From: a virus | DNA: 64,000 nucleotides | Strand: one strand, 5' to 3' | IMG/VR virus record: IMGVR_UViG_3300043444_000257 | Location: 1 to 64,000 of that record | Part shown: positions 1 through 12,200 of the stretch, one piece after another | Numbering within the stretch: the stretch's first letter is position 1 | How the letters are laid out: every line of letters begins with the position of its first letter | Made by a program: the position numbers and the translations under genes | Notes under the pieces: model-generated | What the model was told of the DNA's origin: nothing | The model's database searches: none | Seen by the model: only the letters and a program-made list of their open reading frames with translations

Positions 1-448
1 TTTGGTTAAGTGTATCGAGAATACTAGCTACCCTTAATCCGCTAACGCCTTGAGAAGCTGAATAAGCCGGAGCCAATAATATAGTAGTTGTTCCATCAAA
101 GAAATAAAGCTGTCGATCAACGTCGTTAAACCAAAGGTCTCCAACACCAAGATTTGAAGGCTGTGTGTTGGAAATAGTTGCCGAGCTAACTGGTTGGAAT
201 CCTGTTCCGCTATAAACTTTTAATTTTAATTCAGCTACATCGAACCAAATCTGACCTCTTACAGGATGTGTTGGTCTAGTTGTGCTGGCAAAATTTTCTA
301 GAAGTTTGATAAAATTTTCATTTAGTGCTTCGCCGAACCCGCTGTAATTTTTACCTATAAGAGTTAGATCTGTGCTGAGTTGATCAACTTGCCCGTCAGC
401 TACAGTTGCTACAATCGTTCCGTCTGTTTTATTAATTTGATAGGCCAT
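1..448 (-). CDS. Baseplate/short tail fibre-associated structural protein, runs off the window start; paralog of 461..2593
   Basis: ATG at 448. Manual translation MAYQINKTDGTIVATVADGQVDQLSTDLTLIGKNYSGFGEALNENFIKLLENFASTTRPTHPVRGQIWFD aligns with MPYIVNFTD...GRNVTGYGQIIAENFLHLLENFASGTQPVNPVEGQIWYD of the neighbouring ORF. Confidence 0.75.
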   Translation of the reverse strand, partial: MAYQINKTDGTIVATVADGQVDQLSTDLTLIGKNYSGFGEALNENFIKLLENFASTTRPTHPVRGQIWFDVAELKLKVYSGTGFQPVSSATISNTQPSNLGVGDLWFNDVDRQLYFFDGTTTILLAPAYSASQGVSGLRVASILDTLNQ

Positions 449-460
449 ATTTTAACTCAA

Positions 461-2593
461 TTATGTCGTTGTTGTAGTAGTAAATGCTGGAGGACCAGAT
501 CTGATAATGTAATTCAATGTTAAGAAAGGATTCATTATACCAACTGCTGTTCCTAAAGCAAAACTTGGATCTGGTTTTTTGATACCGCCCGAGTCTTGTA
601 AGTATTGCATCTGACCAGGAGCTGTTGGACCAAGTCCAGTTGATGCAGGGGGATTAATCGCAGTATCATACTTGACTACAGAATATTGTATTCCGTTATA
701 ATTTAAACTATGGCTGTGTTCTGGTAGGTTACCTAATGTTAGTGTAACAGAACTTTGTCCAGCGTCTCCACCAAGGATCTGTGCTTTTGTGTCAGGAACC
801 CTACTAGCTGTTCCGCCGCCGCCGTCAACATAGCCTCCAAGACTGTTAGGAACAGTAACACCATTATCCATATTGTCACGACCTAGAGCGAATCTACCTC
901 TTAGGTCGGGAAGTCTAAATGTGTTAACGCCAACTAATGCTGTTGTTCCGTTATATGTAGTTCCTATCACATCGTATAACTCTGGATACTTAGCTTTCTC
1001 AACTTCAGAACCATCGCAGAGTAAAAATCCATACGGTGCTGTTGAACCTGCATATGGAAGTATTGCACCCAATGGTAACCCGAGGTCTCCAATAAATGTA
1101 TCTCTGGTTTGTTTTAACAATCCTGAAGAAGCACCAGTAGCTTCGCTGGCTCTGTATGTTAATATAAAATCTGTTGCTTTTGATACGTTCGGAGCAGGAG
1201 TAGGTTTACCCGAGATAATGTTAGCAGTCAACGTGGTAGTGAAAACCTTCGAATAACTTCCTACCTGACCGTCAAATTGAATCGCAGGGCTAACAACGTC
1301 TCCAGAAAGTTGAAAGGTCGTAACACGCTTTAAGTTAGTAGCCGTGTTAGCATTTCCGTTAATATTTCCGTTTAACACACCTTCGATTTGATCCGCTATG
1401 AGTGTCTTAGCTCTTACTGTGTTCCATCTCTTTAATTCGGTTCCAGAATCATATGTATCTGTAACTTTCGGCTGTATTGATGTAACCTGTGTTATTCCAG
1501 CAACATCTAATGTTGTTCCAACTAACAAATTTTTAGTTATTGCTGCGCCACCTGCTACTCTTAGAGATCCGTTATTTAAATTGCTGCTCTCTGAATTATT
1601 AGAAACGATCAAAGAACCAGTTAATGCGATATTTCCATCAACGTCAAGTTCTTGATCTGGGGCAGCTTTGTTAATTCCAACTTTATTATCTAGAATTCTT
1701 AGAATAGTGCTAGGAGTTCCGTTTCTATTAACTTGCAGATCTAATGAACTACCTGCTGCGGAGTTATAAACTTTAGCGGCGGTTGGAGAAGTTGATAGAT
1801 TAAATGTTCCGTCAATACCTAAAGTTATACCGCTGTTATTTCTAATATTAAAAGCATAGTCAGTTGTATTTGTTACATCTGATCTTAAAAATTTTCCAGA
1901 AGCTATCGCGGTTCCGTCAATGTTTAATGCATCTGCACTAGATGCTGTTCCGTATAATTTAGGAAGGTTACCGCCTACAAATTTTTCGATCTCAGCAGTA
2001 GTCAACGGAGTATTAATATTGATACCAGATTTAACTGTTACAAAACCAGATATCTCAACCTTAGGAGTAAAGCTATCTTTTGAAAATATAATTACAGGCA
2101 CATCGGCCAAATAAAATATTAAAACTGATCTTTCAATGTTATCAGAGTCTGCTATCTTTTCAACTGCCGGACCATATCTTAATCCGTCTACAGAACTCTC
2201 TGTAGGACCAACTAGAATCCATCGTGTTCCTGTATAAATTCTTAACTGTTGGTTAGTAGTATCAACCCACAATTCTCCAACTTTAGATGTTTCGACACTT
2301 GGTTCTGTAGCTGATTTCTGTATGTTCGAAGCTGCTTTCCAATTAGTGTTGTCCCAAACCATCATTATGCCGTTGGTGCTGTCATACCAAATCTGTCCCT
2401 CGACAGGGTTTACTGGCTGCGTTCCGCTGGCAAAATTTTCTAATAGGTGTAAAAAGTTTTCAGCTATGATCTGTCCATAACCGGTGACGTTTCTTCCAGG
2501 GAAAATTAAACTAGTATCTGTGCTCGATGTGTTATCGAATACAGTAACTGGGCTTTTATTGTCTTTGTCTGTAAAATTTACGATATATGGCAT
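461..2593 (-). CDS. Baseplate wedge/short tail fibre protein with C-terminal phage tail collar domain (gp10/gp12-like)
   Basis: 710 aa. C-terminal PLGAILPYAG...GFLLCDGS...YPELYDVIG...FRLPDLRGRF and NPFLTLNYII are tail-collar domain motifs; baseplate context. Confidence 0.75.
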   Translation of the reverse strand: MPYIVNFTDKDNKSPVTVFDNTSSTDTSLIFPGRNVTGYGQIIAENFLHLLENFASGTQPVNPVEGQIWYDSTNGIMMVWDNTNWKAASNIQKSATEPSVETSKVGELWVDTTNQQLRIYTGTRWILVGPTESSVDGLRYGPAVEKIADSDNIERSVLIFYLADVPVIIFSKDSFTPKVEISGFVTVKSGININTPLTTAEIEKFVGGNLPKLYGTASSADALNIDGTAIASGKFLRSDVTNTTDYAFNIRNNSGITLGIDGTFNLSTSPTAAKVYNSAAGSSLDLQVNRNGTPSTILRILDNKVGINKAAPDQELDVDGNIALTGSLIVSNNSESSNLNNGSLRVAGGAAITKNLLVGTTLDVAGITQVTSIQPKVTDTYDSGTELKRWNTVRAKTLIADQIEGVLNGNINGNANTATNLKRVTTFQLSGDVVSPAIQFDGQVGSYSKVFTTTLTANIISGKPTPAPNVSKATDFILTYRASEATGASSGLLKQTRDTFIGDLGLPLGAILPYAGSTAPYGFLLCDGSEVEKAKYPELYDVIGTTYNGTTALVGVNTFRLPDLRGRFALGRDNMDNGVTVPNSLGGYVDGGGGTASRVPDTKAQILGGDAGQSSVTLTLGNLPEHSHSLNYNGIQYSVVKYDTAINPPASTGLGPTAPGQMQYLQDSGGIKKPDPSFALGTAVGIMNPFLTLNYIIRSGPPAFTTTTTT

Positions 2594-2596
2594 TTA

Positions 2597-3265
2597 TTAA
2601 ACCTCAGTAAAACCAGTTAAGCTCTGGCATCGAATAGTATAATCGATCTGTATCAATCTGTTTAATGATTTTTGCACAGGGTGGAAGATAACATGAGTTA
2701 AAAGTTTCCCGCTACCAGATGGATCGTAACCTTTAAGACCAAGTTCGTCGAATACAAAGTTACCACTTAGATCTACCGAATTGTCAAATGCTTCTTGATC
2801 TAATGGTTCGCCATAATCTAACAAACAAGAAACTAAAATATCGCTGTAAGTTGCTCCGCTGATGTGCCTAACTTCCATCTTATTTCTAACCGGATCTAGG
2901 TTCTCAGCAGCATTAGCGTCAACTACCTTTTTGTAAGTTTGATTATAAAGACTAGAATTAACACCGATAGTGTTTGGTGTTAGATAAGTTATTAATCCTG
3001 TAGGATCTACAGAAGTTCCACCAGTTCCAAAAACCATCTCATAGATAAACCCTTGACCTTGATTACTCAAGCTCTGGACCATAGCTACACTCATATTTTC
3101 ATAATGAATAGCGTTTCTTTTATCTATAAAGACTTCTCCTGAACTAGGATCAAAAATTTTGATATGCCCTTCAAAGTGGAACCCTCCGGTTTCGTTAGGG
3201 CGTTTTTCGGGCTGATTTAATTCGGTTTTTTCTGGCATTTTAGTCTCTTTTGATTCCGTCATCAT
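2597..3265 (-). CDS. Hypothetical baseplate/tail structural protein
   Basis: 222 aa ORF inside the baseplate operon with its own late promoter core; the second ATG (3262) may be the true start. Confidence 0.6.
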   Translation of the reverse strand: MMTESKETKMPEKTELNQPEKRPNETGGFHFEGHIKIFDPSSGEVFIDKRNAIHYENMSVAMVQSLSNQGQGFIYEMVFGTGGTSVDPTGLITYLTPNTIGVNSSLYNQTYKKVVDANAAENLDPVRNKMEVRHISGATYSDILVSCLLDYGEPLDQEAFDNSVDLSGNFVFDELGLKGYDPSGSGKLLTHVIFHPVQKSLNRLIQIDYTIRCQSLTGFTEV

Positions 3266-3266
3266 G

Positions 3267-3274
3267 TATTTATT
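3267..3274 (-). promoter_or_regulatory. T4-type late promoter core (AATAAATA)
   Basis: Minus strand reads AATAAATA-C-ATG-ATG; matches the gp55-dependent TATAAATA core. Confidence 0.6.
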
Positions 3275-6200
3275 CTGGCAAATCGCTAGCTCCTTGTGCT
3301 ATGAATTTGGCTATAGTAGTAGCTGAATCTAACAAGCTAACACCGTTGCTGGCTGTGGATTCGCCTCTCTCATACCATAATTTTCCTGTTTTCTTGATAA
3401 CAGATATCCTAGTTCCTGCCGAAACTGCTTCTGTTAATCTAATATAGTTTGTAGTTCCATTTACAGAAAACTCTGCTTCTAAAGTTTTATCAGCAGCAGG
3501 ACTGAAAGATCCCAACGACTCGTCATAGACTGCTATTGGATCTTTACGTAATCTGCGACCTCCAACAAAAACTTCTAGTTGATCACATGGCCCGTAAGTT
3601 GACGGGATCGTATCTCTATACCAAGAATTTCTAGATGATTTAGATGGAGTATATTCTAAAGGCCCTATCAATACAGTGCTGCCGTCGCTGATAAAATCAA
3701 CTCTATCTTGAGTTTCGTTATATGGTATCATGTTTTGATATCCAATATCAATAACTCTTGATTCTGCTGGATGTAGAACTGCGATAGCTGTTCCTAAACT
3801 GCCTCGGCGTAGCTGAGAAATAACGTTTCCTGAAATATTCATATATTCTATTTTTTCACCGTTTATATGCAATACTCCGGGAATATTTCTAGAAGGTATA
3901 GGCTCTGTTAAACCGCTAGCATCATTGACTTCTAAACTAGTATCATAATAATTCAACTGTTTAACTAGCTTAACATCGTTGATAGAATATCTACTAAATT
4001 TGTAACCGTTTAACATGTCTTTGTAGATTTCAAAACCGCTAGGAGTTCTATAAGTTTTGTCTCCAAATAAAACTATTTTTATTAGATCAACAACGGTAGT
4101 ATCTTGTGTAAGATATACAGCGTTCCTTCCGAGGTCAACATAATAATCTTGATCCCTAGTTAATCTAATACCGTTCTTATATACCCATACATAATCGATA
4201 GATAACGGAGTATAGTCTAATCTGTATTTTACTTTACCGCCTGTGTATTCGTCTGATACCATTTTCAATGAAGGATATTCAGAGAACCAAGTCACAACAA
4301 TCTCATCTTCATCTACTAAAGGATATGTATCGATAATAACGATGTTGTTGCCGTCTATATAATATTCAGCACGGAAATCATTTTCGATAACAATAACATC
4401 TCCAACAGTTAACACAGACGGAACTATAGTTAATTCTTTTGAAGTTCCATCATAGTTATAGTCTTCAACGAAAGTTTTTAATTCTCCGTTAATGAATAAT
4501 CTTAAATTTGTTGGGAGAATAGTTCCTGCTGGTTCAAATGGATCTTTGCCTAATTCAAAGATGTTATTAGTTCCGTCATATACGGAGTTGACTGTGTCTA
4601 CTCCTTTTAACGCTCTTCCATTGACTTCGACTATGATAGAAGATAGAGATGATGCTCTTTGTAGGTTTACAAATTTATCTAGATCAAAACTTCGTGTGCT
4701 TCCTTCATAGGTAACTGTCTGTCGATTAACCCTAACAACTGACAATCCTGTTGAGTCAACGTCAAAGTTAGCACCTAATGCTATTATCTTAACGATACTC
4801 CTTGCAGAAGGTTTTATACTAAACTGAGCTACTGTTTTATTTGTTAAGGCAAAATTTCCTGTGCTGTTTATAAATCCAATATCTGTTTGAATTCCATCGA
4901 CTGTTACAAATACAGCACTAGTATCAATATAGTTAGCATTGGTTAAGAATAATGCTGTATCGCCATCTGCTTCATATTCTTGATAATCCAACAATGATAA
5001 GCCGCCGACACTTACAGCGATAATTTCTATTATCTTATTAGCATCTGGAGCTATTGGAAACTCTATCTGATTTAATTTAAAATCAATAGCGTAGTCAGTT
5101 TGCTTTACTTTATCGATGTAAATTAAAATAGATTGTTTTTCTAGAACATTTATACCAATGTCAAAGAATCTAGTCGAACCATCGGAAACCAATACAGTGG
5201 ATTGTATAGCCGACGATCCTGTTATCGTTGTTTGGAATACTTTAATAGATACACTGTCTAATACCTGTCCGGGAATATTTTCTTCCGGTGCAGGAACTTG
5301 GTCAGGTGATATAAACTTGCCACCTTCTATAGCTATTTCTTCTGCTGTAGTTCCAGTAGCAGTAGCATACGCACCGCTCATAGCACTTAATGATCCTCCG
5401 CTTATCTTAGTATCTAAAATATTTGGATCATTAACTACGACAGAACCGTCACTCTCTGCAGGTCTGAATATCAAAGTATCACCTGTAAATGTCTGGATAT
5501 AATCACCGATTTCTACAACTTTGGTAGATCCATCACCTACAAACGTTGGCATTTCTGCATTTGGATTCACTGCATATGAACTATCTAATGCCGGTGTCCA
5601 ATACGGATCGTCTATTCTTTTTGTGATTTGTTCATTATATCTTTTGATATAAACGTTGATTTGTTGTCCTTCTGCTGGTGTGTAAGGTAACACAACATAA
5701 TTTGTCGAACCGTCTGCGATATGATAATAATCTGAACTAGGTTCTACACTATCCCAGTTATCTGTAAACCACGGAAGGGCATCCCAACCGCCGGTAACAT
5801 CAAACGTAGTTCCTTGAATAGAAACTCCGCCAAAATCAATACCGGTCATTAGTTGACCCAACTCGTCTCCTATCATTCCGCTTGTAGGAGCATAATATTT
5901 TTCAATTCTGTTAATACTGTCTAGTAACTCGTCATTCTTCTGATACGAGATTGTTATGATATCATTCCTGGAAGGAACATCAACAAATCGTATTTTGCCT
6001 TTTAATATCGTGTATTCGCCAACAGACGTTGTATACAGATCAACACTATATTCGCTGGTCAATATAATTTGGTCGTTTTTCTTTATAGAAATTTTACTTT
6101 TATCTCTTGTCGGAGCATAACTTAAATCAAACACCGCAGTAAATCCATCAGCAGTGAAAGTTTGAGAATGAGATAAGTTTGAGTAAATTCCTTGCTTGGC

Positions 6201-9200
6201 TAATCTATCAAATTTAATTTTTAAATCGAATGTTCTAGCTTTTGTATCGCCAAGGATAGGAACTGCTCTAGCTTTTCTATATCCTGTAGCATTTCCACCA
6301 ACTAAAGTAACTGTTGGTGCTCTTGTATAACCAGAACCTGCGGTTAGAACCTTAATACCAGACACTGTGCCGTTTGAAATAAAGGCCTGTGCTGTTGCAC
6401 CTGTGCCGTCTCCATCTATGACAACCCTCGGCGCAGTTACGTATTCTTCTCCGCCGTCGGCTACTTGCATGTCAACAATAGAAAAACCTCTATTTTCTTT
6501 CCACCACTTCCACGGGTATGAATCGATCGTAGAATTTGTTTCTGTGATAGGAATAATTTTTCCTTCTATTTCTACATACGCCGCTGGTAGGTCAAAGTCC
6601 GTCGCAGCCATTCCTAAAGGTTCTACAGTATCGTATCGGCTGATGTATTGTCTTACTGTTGATCGATATGGTTTGACTTCATCGATGTAGTCTTGGAAAT
6701 TTTCTAGATTATCATTTTTATAATTTAATCTTTGTTCCAAAGGACCGATATTGTGAATAGCATTCAAGAAACTGGTTTTAAATGCCCAATCAACATATAA
6801 TTGTTCTGAAAATACATAACGTATGCAAGTAAAAAATAGTTTATTCCATTCTACTGCGTAATCGTTTACAAAGATATCTTCTTTTATAGCATTGAGGATA
6901 TTTCTCAATTCTTTAGCATTTTCAATATCATAGAATCCAGTATCAAAGCTAGAAACATTGTCGTAACCAATACCTGCGTTATTGATATTATAAAGAGTAT
7001 CTTTTAATTGAATTGTTCCTCGTTGACGAGCTACTAACATATATTTGTCAGCGAAAGTTGTAGCGTCGTCTGAGATTTTTTCAAACCAAGCCCATCCACC
7101 GCTGGCATATTCTTTTACTCGAATAACATCTCCGATTTCTACAGAGATCGTTGGTTCTTCAAATACTTGGAAGATTTCTTTAACAAGTCTTGTTCCAATA
7201 CCATAGCCATCTTTATACCAATCAGCGTATTCCCAGTATCTAGTAGTGTCAAACGCCTGCGATGCACTTCTAAAGAAAGTTTTTCTTACATCATCCCAGG
7301 CATATATGCTCCAGAAACCATTAGCAGTAGCATCGGCGCTGACTAATACAGAAAACTGTCTAACTGTTACCACTGCTGAATTATATCTCTTTCCACGAGA
7401 ATCGATTCTAACAGAAGTTATCCTACCTTGATTATCTATGATAGCTGTAGCTTTTGCACCCTGCCCGTCACCATCAATCACTACAGGAGGAGATACTTTA
7501 TATCCTGCACCAGAATCTAAAATATCTATAGTATCAACTTCTCCGTCGACAATATTAATTTGCAATCTTGCCTGCTTAGTTCTAACTGTTCCCACAACTG
7601 CTAAATCATTATAAGTGTCAACAGTTACATCATACAGATTTAAAGCTTCGCCGGGTGCTTCGTCAACTAAATTTAAATTCTTATAATCGATTGTATCAGC
7701 AAATGCTTGAGATTTTAAAATCGTATTAACTCTATCAACAACTATTTTTAATACGGCTAACCTGTCAACAAACATACTCTGACGAGGTCTGAAGGAAACA
7801 CCATATTTTTGCTTAATAGGCAATGACGGATCTGGGACTCGATTACCTGCTTGATCGTATCCTATTAAACTATCAAACCATTTAGTTTCTAATTTTTCAG
7901 AAGGTAAACTTTCAGCCATGCCATCAGATAACAGTTGATATTCATTGTGGATCGGATTGAGATCTGATTTATCTTTTCTAAATTCTAAGTTTATTACCGC
8001 AGTAGACGATGTCATCACTGATGGTAAATTATAGGTTAAGATCTTATCTTTGTCTATTAACGCTATAAATGCTGTTCCCGATGCTGCTGGATTCAAAATT
8101 AAATTTGCCACTGCCGCAGCAGATATTTTTCTACCAGGTAGATTTGAAGGAACAATAACTTTATTTTTTACCCAATAATAATATAAAGTATCTGTAGGTT
8201 GTCCGGCAGAATTGAAAAGATATTTCACAGAATAAACATCGTCATTAGGATATAACGGTTGACCGGAAATTCCTTCGGCTATTCCCTCGTTTGTATCTGC
8301 TAGTGCAGACCATTCGCTAGGTAATAACAGAGTTTCGACCCACTCATAAACATCTATTGTTGAACCTTCAGCTAAAGTATTCCAGTTACCTAGTCTATAT
8401 GATAGATCACCTTGTTCGTAATCTTTCCATTTTGCTGTTGCTAGATTCCACCATAGATATCCGACATTTTTTGTAGTCCACGCAGTTTCAAGATCAACAA
8501 CTTGATCGGCTGTGCCGATTGTATAAACCGCTGGATCAAAAGAAGTTTTAAATTTAATCTCAGATTCTGCGGAATTTAAAATTTTTAACTTTGCATGATC
8601 AACATAGTCTAATTCTTGTATCTTATAATTCTTTTCTGTATCATATAAAGATATGCTCTTGATCATAGCAATATCCACTGTTTCGGTTTGCTGACCTATA
8701 ACATTTAAAGAATTAACCGACTGATCTTTCTTAAACAGTCTCACATTTCCGGTCTTGGCTCCGGTGATTGAATTTTTGTAATCCGGCGAGCCTACAACGA
8801 TCGATGATGCGCTAACGTCTACGCTGTAACCAAAACTTTCAAACGGAGTAAAATCAGTTTCTAATTTTTCTGCTAAGAAATAAATTCCGTCTTTGATTTC
8901 AAACACATAAGCAGCACCGCTGTAGCCTTGGCTTTCGATAAATTTTGTTCTACCTTTATCGAAAGTAGTGCCTAATGTTGTATCTAATCTAGTCGGAATA
9001 ATAAACGGAGCATTCTTAGCTCCCACCACGATTTTTTCTGTGTTGGCACTTATTTGAACATTTTGACCAAAGTATTCGTTTGGATACTGTTCGTAACTTT
9101 CAAGTTTTTGTTTTAATCTGTATTCTACTGGGGCATATCCGTCAGTTCTGAAAACATAAACACTACCTTGATTCTGTAAATTAATATCTGCTAATGGGCT

Positions 9201-12200
9201 AGAAACTATTAGTGTTGATCCGCTATAATCTACGTCTAAGCTCCAGCCAAATTGATCTCCCGAACTAATTAAAGATCCAGAATCTATGTCATTTAGATTT
9301 GCCATAGACCCATTGTTAATGGTTTGTTTTAATTGATACAGATCATTGCTGTTTCTTTGATAGATATAAACTTTACCAGACGACTCCGATGAACTGTCTC
9401 CGACGTTTTCCCATGGTAATGATCCCGGTTCTTCATTATAACTTCTAGTGGTCGAGTCTCCGGCTTCTCCATCTCGCTGAATTAATCTGTGATAGATATC
9501 GTCATATTTTACCACATCCCCTTCAACATATTCGATATCAGGTCTCCATATTCCACGATAATTTGCAAAATACTGACCATCACTGTTAGGAGATCCTACT
9601 GCTAATATGCTACCGTCGCGACTCATAGAAAGACTAAAACCAAACTCGTCTCCTTGCTTTACTAATTCAGCAAGTTGAGTTTCGCTGACTAGGCCCAATG
9701 CCAACGTTGATCCGTCGTCGTCTAGTGCAATATTTTGAGGTAACGAACACTGTGTTGATACGGGATCTATTCTTGTCCAGCTTAGAGAATCAACACTAAT
9801 TGTGCTGCCATCACCAAATGTATCTGTGTTAGCTTGCCATAAGCCGCTGTCATACCAAACTATAGACCCTTTAGGATAAAACGATGCTGGGCTAGAATTA
9901 TAAACACCTTTGTAATTTTCGTTTTCTAAGTGTTTCCATTCTCCGGATTCGTAAACATAAAGATATACTCTGCCTCTCTTATCTAAGGCACCAGTGGCTG
10001 ATACAGCCATATAATATTTTGAACCGCTTTGACCTACACATACATCAGATCCAAACGATTCTGCATTAGAAGGTCTCGGGCTGACGAATGAATCCGATAT
10101 AGTCCATTGCTGATTCACATACTCGTAAACGGAAATCATTCCCTGAGCTGTTGAACCTATTCCAGATCCAACCGGTGTTGCCGGAATGTTAACAGCTACC
10201 GTCCAATCTGATAGATCAAAATCTGCTGTGCTACCGTCTGCTCTAACATCCTGAACAGCCTTCCATAATTTTCCTTGATATAAGACAACATCGTCAACTA
10301 GATAATTTTTAGTCGAATCGAATTCTCCAACATAGTCGCTGCGGACATTATTTGCAGAAGGGCTTGCAATTATTAAAAATCTACTGTCGGGCGTGATGGC
10401 CATCTTGGTGCCAAACGATCCCAATACACTGTTTTCTAAACCTGCAGGCGGTGCAACGATTTGTTTAAGAACAAGACCCGAAGGACCTTCTACATAACAC
10501 ATCACATATCCAGAACCAGGTATGCTCGATATAACTTGTTTTAAGTTATCATCATATAAAACTTTTGTTCCGGCATACAAAGGAGTCGTAATACCATATT
10601 CCGAAATAGTTAAATCAGAATATTGATTACTTTTGTTTATAACTTCCCACAGGTCACTACCGTTGTTATCAATCCACAATTTAGAATTATTTTTTAATAA
10701 AGCCATGGATCCAGGAATTATATCTCCATAACTCTTAAATCTTGCTTCTGTTAAAATATAAATTGGTGTGATAGAACTAATATCGTATTCGGGATCTTGT
10801 GCATCAGCTGCTACAGACACAGTTATAGATCTTGTATCAATTGATTCAACTTCAAAGAATCCTGTTAGATTTATTACATCCTTAATACCGACATAATCGC
10901 CGACCACAAAGTTATGAGGCCTAGACAGCGTTACAGTTACCGATGTTCCGGATTTAGAAATGCTATCGATGTTTAATAACGGACTTTGATTAAATCTAAG
11001 AACTGTCCAAGATGGGCTGTCAAATGTTACCCATATATGGCAGTTATCAAACATTTCTTCGATGTTTAAATCAGTAAGATTCTGTCTGTTTTTTATGGTA
11101 TAATCAACTGTTAGGTCATTAACATATCCAGCAGTTTTAACTGGTGGAGTTTCTAGAGATACCGGATTGATATTAGTTGTATACGGAATCGGTTCTATTG
11201 TGAAATCAGCTTTTACGATCCTGTAATTCTGATCTGTGTCAACAGAAGGTTGATATTCAACAAACAATAAAGGCTGTGGATTTAATTCAAAGTGTTGTTT
11301 TAGAATAGTGAATTCTAATTCAGATAATTGATCAGTTCCGCCAAATCTTCCTAAACGGAAAGCCCATTCTTCATTTAAACTAATACTAGTTTCAGTGCTT
11401 CGACTTAGTTTATCAAACACCTTGGTAATAGAATTGATGGTTCCTTTTTCTCTAATAAATCCTTGATAGAGTTGAAATTGAGTCACTGGATCTTCTGCTA
11501 GATTCTGTAGATAATCTCTCTGCTGATATCCAACTGTATGTCTTGCCAGATCTCTCTGCGTTTCTCCAATGCCCTGAGAATCAACATTATAATAGTCGTA
11601 GAATTGGTTTATTCTAAAATCAAAGTTAGGAACTAATTGCTTTTCTGGAGTAGAGTCTAATTTTGTCCATTGAGTTTCATCGAACAATTCTGTTCCATTT
11701 TGATTACTTAAACTGGTCCAGTTATATGATCTATAACTAACTATATCCCCTAGCTTATAATCGGTCCATGGCATCCAAGCATCTATATTAACATTGTCAA
11801 ATAAGAAGCCCGGGCTAGTATAATCCCCGTCCCAATCGATAGTTCTATAACCCTGTGTTTTAATTCTTTCTTGACGATATCCTGTTACCTTATCGTAAAT
11901 TACATCACTGAAAACTGTCTTGTCAGTGAAGATTGCCACATGTTCTTTTAAGACATAATACAATTTTAGATAATAGATACCGTCTGTGGTATTGGTTGTT
12001 TCTACAGTTAACGATTGAAAATCTCTATTAACATTTATAAATCCTGGAGATAACGGCTTACCGTCTACCTTTAAAACATTATAGTCATAGAAACTATCTA
12101 ATAGACTATCTGCTACGCCCACCGGAATAGTTACATACAACTTGTTTGCCGATGGACTTAGGGTCAATAATGATCCAACCATCCAATTTTGTTTTGTCCA